A stretch of 64,000 nucleotides of DNA from Azolla caroliniana (taxonomy: Eukaryota; Plantae; Polypodiophyta): NCBI GenBank assembly GCA_043228905.1, contig JBHGNT010000010.1, positions 620,001-684,000 of the forward strand, read 5' to 3'. A program made the position numbers and the translations under genes. This document shows, piece by piece, positions 27,601-38,800 of this stretch; positions within the stretch are counted from its first letter, which is position 1; every line of letters starts with the position of its first letter. The notes under the pieces are model-generated. The model had not been told where the DNA came from and made no database searches. It saw nothing but the letters and a program-made list of their open reading frames with translations.

Positions 27601-30600
27601 AACATGCAGACAAAAGGAGTCGTAATCGGACTCCCGAACTTTACAACAAAGGAGATCACGGGTGTGTGCGAAGCATGCCAATTCGGAAAGCAACGCCGTC
27701 ATCCATTCCGAAAAGAGCGGAATGTAAGCAAAGGGATCCTGGATGTCATACATTCAGATGTGTGGGGACCAGCCCAAACAGCTATTTTCGGTGGATGCCG
27801 TTACTATGTCACATTCATCGACAACTTCTCCAGAAATACTTGGATTTATCCGATGAAGCAAAAGAGTAAAGTGTTCGGCCACTTCCAGAAGTTCAAAGCC
27901 AAAGTGGAAAAAGCCACGGGTCGGCATGTATGATGCCTTCGATCAGATGGAGGCAAAGAATATTTTTCGGATGAGTTCTTGGCGTATCTCCGCAAGGAAG
28001 GAGTCCGACGAGAGTTCTCGTGTCGACATACACCTCAACAAAACGGCGTAGCTGAGCGTAAAAACCGCCACATAGTAGAAGTCATGCGTGCCATGATGAA
28101 CATTGAGAAGAACCTGCTGAAATCGTACTGGGTAGAAGCGGCGAACACGGCCGTATATCTCATGAATAAGTGCACAACCTCAGGAGTACACGACATAACT
28201 CCTCATGAGAAGTTCTTTGGAAAGAAGCCGGACTTATCGCATGTCCGCATTTTCAGCTCTATCGCCTACGTACATATTCTCGACGATACACGACAAAAGC
28301 TCGATCCAAAGTCGGAGAAATGTATCCTCGTAGGATACTCACTCGAACAAAAGGGGTACAAGTGCTACAACCCATCTAACCGAAAAGTTCGCATCAGTCA
28401 AGACGTAGTCTTCGACAAGTCTGCATTCTAGTACGCACCAGAGAATACTTCGACTCCACTCAACATGGATGACACCGAAATAAGAATAGAAGCCGAAGAT
28501 CGTCTCATGCATATGCACGAAGAAAGTCCAATTTCGACATGGCTAAGTGGACCACAAGAGCCCCCAAGTGATCAAAGCACATCTCGGCCAAGTCCACTGC
28601 TAGACAAAGGCAAGGCGAAAATGCAGAAGTATGAAGATCATTTCGATCTCGACAGTGAGGTCGAAGGCCTTGACATCCGCACGGACGGCGTGAAGAAACC
28701 CTTAGAACCCGCAAATGACAAGCCATGCCAATCCACGCGCGAGAAGAACCCCGTAAACCGCTACAACTACGACGAGTACATGGCGTATCATTATTGTTGA
28801 GAGACAAGCTCAACATCAGCCGGATCGGCTGAAGAAGCCGAGGACCGGATCGGTTGGGACCAATCGGTTAGGCCGAGTGCGTAAACCGGGAGGTCGTTAG
28901 GAAAGATAATCCGTGAGGAATATATTTGGGAGTTAGTGTAGGAGCTCTTGATGAGCATTGAAGTACTGTCAATACTTTGGTCAGTCCTTCTAGGACTTGT
29001 ATAAAAGTGTTCACTGAGCACGTCTTATGTACAGACTGAGTATTATTGTTGAATATAGTTTTTTGTGTCTTCTCTCTCACTCTCTCTATCTCTCCCGCGT
29101 ATACCGTGTAAGCTCAAGCTCTCCATTAAACCTGAGTTTCCTTCCTTCTGTTCGGTCTTCATACTTGCTTCCGCACGCTACTTTCTACATGGTATCAGAG
29201 CGCGAGGGTTGAGAACCTCTCTGCAGCCGACACAGCTTGACGAAGAAGAACGAGAAGAACGATGGATAGAGGCATGGCGAGCTTGCTTCCAACAGAGAAG
29301 CTTGACAGAACCAACTACGCGTCTTGGTCCTACAAGATGCACCAATACCTGCTCGGGCACGGCTACTGGAGTTATGTCGAAGGAGCTAATGACGCGGCAC
29401 CCGAATCGACACACAGAGACTTCCCGTCGTGGGAGCAATCGGCGAGCAGGGTATTCTACTACTTCGCGTCGTGTGTGGGCGAACAGCTATTGAGCTATGT
29501 TCGGGATGCAAAGACGCCGAAGGGTGCGTGGGAAAATCTGAAGAAGATTTTCGCCGCGAGCACCACAGCCAGGAAGCTTCAGCTCCGACAGGAGTTGAGC
29601 AACCTACGACAACGCGACTTGTTAGTGGCGGACTATACCTCGAAGATCAAGGATATCTGCGACTCCCTCGCCTCCATAGAGGTGAACATCGAGGAGAGCG
29701 ATATGGTCCAGATCTGTCTCAGAGGTTTGGCGTCGAAGTTCGGAGCGTTCCGAACGGCTGTGTGTACCCGGGAGAATACGCCGTCCTTTTTCGACTTATA
29801 GTCGATGCTCCTGGTAGAGGAGAACCACGCGGGTGCGTCTACAAGCACGCACACCGATACACAGAATGTTGTACACGGAGGGAGATAGGCCCCGTGGACG
29901 TGGAGGACGAGGCGAATCGGCGCGCAATGGAGGCGGCCGACGAGATCAAGGAAGATGGCACCGAAGTGATGCCGACAGCAACTCTGGACCCTCCGGAAAC
30001 AGGGAGAGTCGAAGCGATGAGAACCGGCAAGGGAAGGCCATCGCCGAGTGCTGGTATTGTGGCAAGAAAGGCCACAGGGAAAGTGAGTGCTGGAAGAAGC
30101 GCACTGATTCGGAGAGAACCGGTTGCGGAAACGGCTCCGGACATACCGACAAGGGAAATCGGCAGCAATCACACTACGCCCAAGACTCTGGGAGAGTCGG
30201 AGAAGGGTCTGTCTTCGTGACGAGACACGAAGCAAACTCAATGAAACAGAGCACCCCGAGATCGGACGAGGTGTGGTACGTAGACTCGGCGCGTCAAACC
30301 ACATGACGAGCCATAAGGAGTGGTTCTCGTACCTTGAAAAACCGATACAACCTGGAGTAGTTGCAACTGGAGACGACACTCCGCATCCGATCGCGAATGT
30401 CGGATAAGTTCCCTTTAGCCATGTCGGGCAGAAAGGGAAACTCTTGAACGTGCTCCACGTCCCGACAATCACGAAAAACTTGGTCTCGGTCGGACAGATC
30501 GTCGACCAAGGGATGGAGGTTCGGTTTACACACCTCGGATGCTTCATTGAGGAAGAAGGCCGTGTGATTGCGCAAGGGCGCAGAGACGGGAGGATGTTCA

Positions 30601-31113
30601 TCCTCGACTCCACTGACGGCGGCACCGCAATGTTCGCGAAGGGACAAAAGACCGAGTCGGACATCGACTTGTGGCACAAGCGGATAGGCCACGTCAACCA
30701 CCAACGGCTTCAAGATCTGCAATCGAAACAGGTAGTGTTCGGATTGCCCAAATTTAGTGGCCGAAAGGCACAAATTTGTGAAGCCTGCCAGCTCGGGAAG
30801 CAACACCAACTTCCCTTCCCCAACGAGCGAAACCGGAGCCGGAACAAACTCGACCTTATACACTCCGATGTGTGGGGGCCGGCACAAAACGTTAGTCTTG
30901 GCGGGAGCCGATATTTCGTCTCCTTCATCGACGACCACACGCGGCACACATGGATCTACCTCATTGAGAGGAAGAGCCAAGTCTTCGACTGTTTCCGGGA
31001 CCTCAAAGGGTTCGTGGAAGCCGAAACGGGACGAAAGATCATGTTGGGATTACGGTCCCTCCGGATGGGATGGTCAGATGTCCGGGAATCGGGATGAAGA
31101 CCCCGGCTACGGA

Positions 31114-31257
31114 GCCGGATGATGAAGACCCGGTTTCGGAGCCGGATGATGAAGACCCGGTTTCGGATCCGGATGATGAAGACCCGGTTTCGGATCCGGA
31201 TGATGAAGACCCGGTTTCGGAGCCGGATGATGAAGACCCGGTTTCGGATCCGGATGA
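31114..31257 (+). repeat. 27-bp minisatellite in the C6 LTR U3 (5 full units in the 5' LTR, 2 in the 3' LTR at ~35930-35992)
   Basis: The unit ccggatgatgaagacccggtttcgga(g/t) is repeated. The LTR length difference is 81 = 3 x 27. Confidence 0.93.
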
Positions 31258-31769
31258 CAAATGTACCCGGAGAGAGATCCGGATGCGGGGACATATTTGT
31301 GAATATGTTTGCCAAGGGCCCTTGAGGCTAAATTTGTAAATAGCCCGAAAGTCATATGTGTATAAATATGACTTAGGGCAAACAGTTTTATGTTGTTGCT
31401 CATTTTTCTGTTTTCCACTGAGAGGGAGCGAAGTGAGAACAGCCGAGAGAGAGAGTGAGAGAGAGAGAGAGACGAAGAGGTTGTTGCCTCTTTGTATTAC
31501 CGCCGCCTGTGGCGAAGACAGTGAGCTCAAGGTTGTTGCCTTGTAGCTTCACCATTGTACACCTCTGTTTATAGTGATAGTTGGAGTTTGAGGACTCCCG
31601 TGGTTTTTCCCATTTAGGGTTTTCCACGTAAAACATCCTGTGTACTCTTCTCTCTATCGTCTTCGTGCATTTTGTATTTCCTGTTTTTCTGTGAGTTGAT
31701 CCTATTCCTCGGTTGTGGCCGAGCACTGTTTTTTCAACAAGTGGTATCAGAGCGACGGTAACACAGAAA

Positions 31770-34700
31770 ATGGAAGGCGGCGGTAGTGGGCCTCCGGGCA
31801 TGATGGTGTTGAACTCACAGAACTACGCCGACTGGAAGATAAAGATGGAAGACCTTCTCATCGTCCGAGACCTGTACGAACCGATCGACAATGCCGAGAT
31901 ACCCAAGGGGGTAATAGAGTCGGAGTGGAAGCTCCTGAACCGGAAAGCCGTAGCGACAATCCGGCAATATGTAGATGTAAGTGTCCTGCAACATGTGGCG
32001 AACGATACGAACGCCTATGAGATGTGGCAGAAGCTGTCCGGACTGTATGAGAGGAAGAATGCTCTGACCCGGACCTCCCTGATGAGGAAGATAGTGAATC
32101 TTAAGTACCGGGACGGCGAGAGCATGGTCGAACACGTCAGCACGTTCATGGGATTCGTGAACCAGCTTGCGGCGATCAAGTTCCCGTTGGATGACGCAAT
32201 GCAAGCCATCATGCTGATGTGTACCCTTCCGGAGAGCTGGGAGAACTTGGTAGTTACACTCAGCACCTCCTGTAAGGAAGAGAACTTGTCTTTACTAACG
32301 GTAAAGACAAGTATTCTAAATGAAGAAGCGCGTCGGAGAGATAAAGAACCGGCCTCCGACTCGAAGGCGTTGCTTACCGAATCGGAACGGGGAAGACAAT
32401 GGAACCGGAGTCCGCAAAGACGGGAGAAGTCGGGGACACGGTCGCAGTCGAGGGGGAGACCTACATGCTTCTACTGTGGGAAGCCGGGGCACTTCCAGAA
32501 GAACTGTCGGCATTTCCGGAAAGACAACGGAACCGACGGTACCGATTCGAAGAAGTCACCGGAGCGAAACGGTGCATACCGGGGAGCCGCGGACCGGAGA
32601 GGTCCGGATCGGCGAGGGCAGGACCGGAAAGGAACGACGGCACTCGCGGCAAGTGAAGAAGAGATAATGCTCATTACCGAAGAGAGGGAGCTGAACCTTG
32701 CCGGTGAAGAGATGACCTGGGTGGTCGATTCCGGAGCGTCGTTCCACCTGACCCCGGAGAAGAAATACTTCTCATCCTACACAGCCGGTGACCACGGCTG
32801 TGTCCGGATGGGAAATGAAGGTACATGCCGGATTGCCGGCATAGGAGACGTGTGGCTGATGACATCAACCGGATGCAAGATGCTGCTGAAGGATGTTCGA
32901 CACGTTCCGGAGGTTCGATTGAACCTGATTTCGGCCGGCAGGCTAGATGATGAAGGCTACACGGGTAGCATCCGGAACGGTGTCATGAAGTTCAGCAAAG
33001 GGAGCCTGATAGTGGCTCGGGCCCGGAAGGTCAACACACTGTACCTGATGAATTCTCGGCTATGTCCGGAGGAGCTGAACGTGGCAGCTGACACTACCGG
33101 GGAGCTGTGGCACAAGAGACTGTGCCACATGAGCGAGAAGGGGATGAAGAGGCTTGCCGAAGACAACCTGATACCGGTAAAGCACGTACAACTGGGGAAG
33201 TGTACCGACTGTCTGGCCGGTAAGCAAAACCGGACCGCCTTCCGCTCAAGACCACCAATGAGACGTAGTGTACCATTGGAGTTGGTACACACTGATGTGT
33301 GTCAGGTAGAAACGAAGTCACATGGCGGAGCCCAGTACTTCGTAACATTCATAGATGACCATAGCCGGAAGCTGTGGACGGCACCGTTGAAGACAAAGGA
33401 CCAAGTATTGTCCGTCTTCAAAGAACTCCACGCGAGAGTGGAAAGAGAATCCGGCAAGAAGCTGAAAGCGATACGAGCGGATAACGGAGGGGAATACCGG
33501 GGGCAGTTCGAGGAGTACTGTCGCTCGAAGGGAATCCAGCTCGAGTTTACTGTGCCGAAGACGCCGGAACTGAACGGGCTGGCCGAGAGGACGAACCGGA
33601 CCATAATGGAGAGGGTCCGGAGTATGCTAGCACATGCTAAATTACCCAAGGGGTTTTGGGCTGAGGTAATGTCGACGGCGACGTATGTGATAAATAGATC
33701 ACCCTCAGTACCTTTGGACGGAGACACGCCGCAGAAAGTGTGGACCGGTAAGGAAGTGTCCTACCGGCATCTGAAGGTGTTCGGGTGTCTCGCATACGTG
33801 CATGTGGCAAAGGACCGGAAAGGAAAGTTAGATCCAAAGACCCGGCCATGCATATTCCTCGGTTACGGCGACGACGAGTTCGGCTACCGAGTATGGGACC
33901 CGGTCGACAAGAAGATATTCAGGAGTCGAGATATCATCTTCATGGAGGACAAGACACTCGCCGACTGGGAGTCGGAGAAGAAGATGAAGAGCTCCAAGTC
34001 GACCGGTGAGGATCAACTCTACGAAGAGCAGTCCCGACCGGCAAGGGACCGGTTAGCACTCGAGGATCCGGCCGAAGACGGTGAAGAAACAGAACTGGCC
34101 GAGGAAGATGAAACTGATACCGGAACCGGCCCCGATCCCGAAATGGATTCGGATGAAGAGGAAACGGAGGAGCCGGTTACTGAAGCTCCGGAACAGAGAT
34201 ATCCTCTAAGAGAGAGAAGGGCCCCCTGGAGATTTCTGGAACCAGAGCACGTGCTGCTAACCGACGAGGGGGAGCCGGAGAGTTTTGAAGAAGCAAAGCT
34301 TGACACCCATAGCCGCAGGTGGTTAAGTGCCATGCAGGAGGAGATGGATTCCCTGCATGAGAACCACACATATGAACTTGTGGAGTTGCCGAAAGGAAAG
34401 CGGGCACTTCGAAACAAGTGGGTGGTCAAGCTGAAACCGGGAGATGCCGGAAACCCCCCGAGATACAAAGCCAGGATCGTGGTGAAGGGGTTCCAGCAGA
34501 AGAAGGGCGTCGACTTCGACGAGATATTTGCCCCGGTAGTGAAGATGACCTCCATCCGGACGGTGCTGAGCATAGCGGCAAGCATGGACCTCGAGGTAGA
34601 ACAGATGGACGTGAAGACGGCATTCCTTCACGGTGACCTCGAAGAAGAGATCTACATGCAGCAACCGGAAGGATTCGAGAAGAAAGGGAAGGAGCACCTG

Positions 34701-35847
34701 GTATGCCGGTTGAAGAAGAGCCTTTACGGACTGAAGCAGGCTCCCCGGCAATGGTACCGGAAGTTCGACTCCTTCATGACCGACGAAGGGTACCACAAAA
34801 CGCAGTCCGATCACTGCGTGTTTGTGAAGAAGTTCGAAGGAGGAGACTTTCTAATACTCCTCCTGTACGTGGACGACATGTTGATCGTCGGACGGGACCA
34901 GGGCAAGATACGGATGCTGAAGAAAGCGCTTCACCGAACCTTCTCAATGAAGGACCTGGGTCCGGCGAGGCAAATACTAGGGATGCACATCATCCGTGAC
35001 CGGAAGAAGAAGCAGTTGTGGCTGTCACAGGAGAAGTACGTGACAAAGGTGCTTCACCGGTTCAACATGTCGGAAGCAAGACCGGTCGGGTCAACCCTCC
35101 CAGCAAACTACAAGTTGTCCAGCAAGCAAAGCCCCCCGAGATACAAAGGCCAAGAAGGAGGACATGATGAAAGTACCATATGCCTCTGCCGTCGGAAGCT
35201 TGATGTACGCAATGGTGTGTACAAGACCGGACATAGGATATGCAGTCGGAGTGGTGAGCCGGTACATGAGCAATCCCAGCAAAGAGCACTGGAACGCGGT
35301 CAAGTGGATACTCCGATACCTGAAGGGCACGGCAAACGTGTGCCTCCGATTCGGCTCCAGTGAGCCCGAACTCGACGGCTTTACCGATTCGGATATGTCG
35401 GCTGATGCAGATACCAGCCGGTCCACATCAGGGTATGTGATGACGTATGCAGGGGGAGCTGTTTCGTGGCAGTCGAGGCTGCAGAAGACGGTTGCATTGT
35501 CAACCACGGAGGCGGAGTACATGGCGGCTGTTGAAGCCGGCAAGGAAATAATATGGATGAAGGACTTCACTAGAGAGCTCGGTATCCGGTAGGAGGAGTA
35601 CCGACTCTACTGCGACAGTCAGAGTGCCATCCACCTTGCAAAGAACGCGGCCTATCACTCCCGGACGAAGCACATCCAGCGAAGATATCACTGGATCCGG
35701 GAAAGGATAGAAGACAAGGAGTTCGTGCTGACGAAGATCCACACGGACGAGAACGGGTCGGATATGCTGACCAAGGTGCTCACACCCGACAAGCTGGAAG
35801 CATGCCGGAAGAGGATCGGATTGGAGAGACATCCCATGCCGAAGTGA
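31770..35847 (+). pseudogene. C6 gag-pol polyprotein with one frameshift (~35131-35142) and one in-frame TAG (35590-35592)
   Basis: Gag knuckle CFYCGKPGHFQKNC, protease DSGASFH, INT LWHKRLCH/HTDVC/ADNGGEY/GKLD, RT QMDVKTAFLHG and YVDDML, RH DSD...ALSTTEAEY...CDSQSA. Confidence 0.93.
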
Positions 35848-38800
35848 AGGGGGAGTTTGTTGGGATTACGGTCCCTCCGGATGGGATGGTCAGATGTCCG
35901 GGAATCGGGATGAAGACCCCGGCTACGGAGCCGGATGATGAAGACCCGGTTTCGGATCCGGATGATGAAGACCCGGTTTCGGATCCGGATGACGAATGTA
36001 CCCGGAGAGAGATCCGGATGCGGGGACATATTTGTGAATATGTTTGCCAAGGGCCCTTGAGGCTAAATTTGTAAATAGCCCGAAAGTCATATGTGTATAA
36101 ATATGACTTAGGGCAAATAGTTTTATGTTGTTGCTCATTTTTCTGTTTTCCACTGAGAGGGAGCGAAGTGAGAACAGCCGAGAGAGAGAGTGAGAGAGAG
36201 AGAGAGACGAAGAGGTTGTTGCCTCTTTGTATTACCGCCGCCTGTGGCGAAGACAGTGAGCTCAAGGTTGTTGCCTTGTAGCTTCACCATTGTACACCTC
36301 TGTTTATAGTGATAGTTGGAGTTTGAGGACTCCCGTGGTTTTTCCCATTTAGGGTTTTCCACGTAAAACATCCTATGTACTCTTCTCTCTATCGTCTTCG
36401 TGCATTTTGTATTTCTTGTTTTTCTGTGAGTTGATCCTATTCCTCGGTTGTGGCCGAGCACTATTTTTTCAACAGATCAAGTGCTTGCAGTCGGATGGCG
36501 GGAAAGAGTACTTTTCCGGTCAATTCAACGGTTACCTACAACAAATGGGAATTCGCCGCGAATTCAGTTGTAGATACACGCCAGAGCAAAACGGCGTGGC
36601 CGAGAGAAAGAATCGGTCAGTTGTGGAAGCGGCACAAGCAATGCTGGAGGAGAAGAGCTTGCCCAAGTTCTACTGGGCCGAGGCAGTAAGGACCGCGGTA
36701 TACATCCAGAACCGGATTGGAGACAAAGTGTCGGCGCACGAGCTATATTTCGAAACGAAGCCGAACTTGCGACACTTGAGGGTGTTCGGTAGCATTGCGT
36801 ATGTGCATGTACCGAAGGAGAAAAGGAGGAAGCTGGACGCAAAGGCCGAGAAATGCATCTTGGTCGGTTACTCGGACGAGCAGAAGGGTTATAAGTGTTA
36901 TAACCCTCGCACCAAACAAGCGTGTGTCAGCCGCGACGTTGTGTTTGACGAGTCCGCGTCTTGGTACCTGCCCCCGATTACAAACCTCAACTCCAATCCG
37001 AGCTCTGACGATGAGGTCAGCGAGGCCGAGATGCCTCCAGATGAGCCCGAAATCGAGACCCGCGAAGAGAGTCCGATTTCACTCCGGTTAAGTGGACCGA
37101 TTGGACGACTGAGTCGGTACGACCAGTCCGAAGAAGAGCCGGCGAGTAGTGGAGACTCGGTCGTGCATTCCCCACGCAGGAAGCCGAGGAGACGGCTTAC
37201 GCGCAAAGAGAAAGGGAAGAAGAAGGTGTCGGATTCCGGCACGGAAAGGAACGAGTCAGACCGACGCGAGTCTGACTCCGAGGGAACCGGTGACAGGTCT
37301 TTACAGATGAAGACCGCATCGACCGAGAAGGCCTCGACATCGGCTGATGTGAGATTACGCCGATCTACCCACCAAAAGAATCCTGTTTTGCGGTTCGGAT
37401 ACAACGAGTACATGGCGCATCATTATGCATACATGACCCATGTAGCGGAAGTGCGTGAGCCGGAGAGCTACGCAGAAGCGGCTAAAGATGCGAATTGGCG
37501 TGCCGCGATGGAGGAAGAGATGCACGCATTAGCGGAGAACGAGACCTGGGACCTGGTTGACGCACCAACAGGGGTAAAACCGATCGGGTGTAGGTGGGTG
37601 TACAAAGTCAAGTACAACACCGATGGCTCGGTCAACCGGTACAAGGCTCGGCTAGTGGCAAAGGGCTACGCGCAGAAACACAGCATCAACTACGATGAGA
37701 CGTTTGCGTCGGTCGCGAAAATGACGACCGTCCATGTTTTGCTCGCAGTAGCTGCGGTGAAGGGGTGGCACTTACATCAGATGGATGTAAAGAATGCGTT
37801 CCTGCAAGGTGACCCTGAGGAACAGGTGTACATGGTACAGCCCCCCGGATTTCATTCTGGAACGGACTCCTCGGCAATGTGCCGACTGAAGAAGTCCCTT
37901 TACGGACTGAAGCAAGCCCCGTGTGCCTGGAACGCGAAGATCACGCAACAATTACGTCGGATGGGCTTCGTCACGTCAAAATAGGACTCTTCCCTGTTCA
38001 TCCGGAAAGGTCGACTCGGACCAGTTAGTATTTTACTATATGTTGATGACTTGGTCATCACCAACGCCGACCTAAGTGAAATCGACCGCGTGAAGCTCCA
38101 GCTTGCGGCACCGTTCGACATTAAGGATCTGGGGGACCTTCATTACTTCCTCGGGATCGAAGTGATCCGTACCCCCAAAGGCATATTGATCAGCCAACGT
38201 TATTACGTGCTGAGTATGCTCTTCAAATTCGGGATGGCCCACTGTAAGTCCGTCTCGACTCCTCTGGACAGAACCGTCAAGCTTCGTCCGGATACGGGAA
38301 AGGTATGCGACCCGACGAGGTTCCGACAAATTGTCAGAAGCCTCATATACTTGACCATCACCTGACCCGACATCAATTATCCGATCGGAGTGATCAGTCA
38401 GTTCATGGCGCAACCTACCGAGGAGCACCTTCAGTGTGCGCAACGCGTACTGCGGTACATAAGCGGCACTAAGGACCGCGAACTGCTATATCGAATCGGT
38501 GCAGCCGCGCAGTTAGTCGGCTACACCAATGCTGATTGGGCTGGCAACGCCGCCGATCGCCGATCCACGTCTGGATACGCGTTCTCCCTCAGGAGTGCCG
38601 CGATCGCGTGGAGCAGTAAGAAGCAGCCAACAATTGCACTGTCGAGCACCGAAGCTGAGTACCAAGGAGCGGTTGTCGCGACATGCAAAGCCATATGGTT
38701 GAAGCGGCTATTTAAGGACCTGCAGGTGGAGGTGTCAGATCCGACGAAGATCTACTGCAACAACCTCAGCAGCATCCAGCTCACGAAGAACCCCGTCTTC

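Larger units (their letters stand above)
31042..36474 (+). mobile_element. Copia C6 (Tnt1/Tork-like), youngest and nearly intact
   Basis: LTRs 31042-31739 (698 bp) and 35858-36474 (617 bp) differ by ~5 transitions and an 81-bp repeat indel. Perfect TSD gatca. PBS at 31742. PPT gaagggggag at ~35846-35855. Confidence 0.96.

Noticed and set aside
29633-30980. Long antisense ORFs (354 aa and 228 aa) over C5 gag-pol, and similar ones over C6
   Set aside because: They are shadows of GC-rich sense coding sequence with no recognisable motifs.
31070-31339. EPDDEDPVS repeat ORF and a possible hammerhead ribozyme in the C6 LTR
   Set aside because: The 27-mer is open in several frames by chance. The hammerhead CUGANGA core is absent, and gaaac lies on the opposite strand from atgatga.
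18937-31753. Recurrent tggtatcagagc as tRNA genes
   Set aside because: These are primer-binding sites complementary to the tRNA-iMet 3' end, with no cloverleaf.
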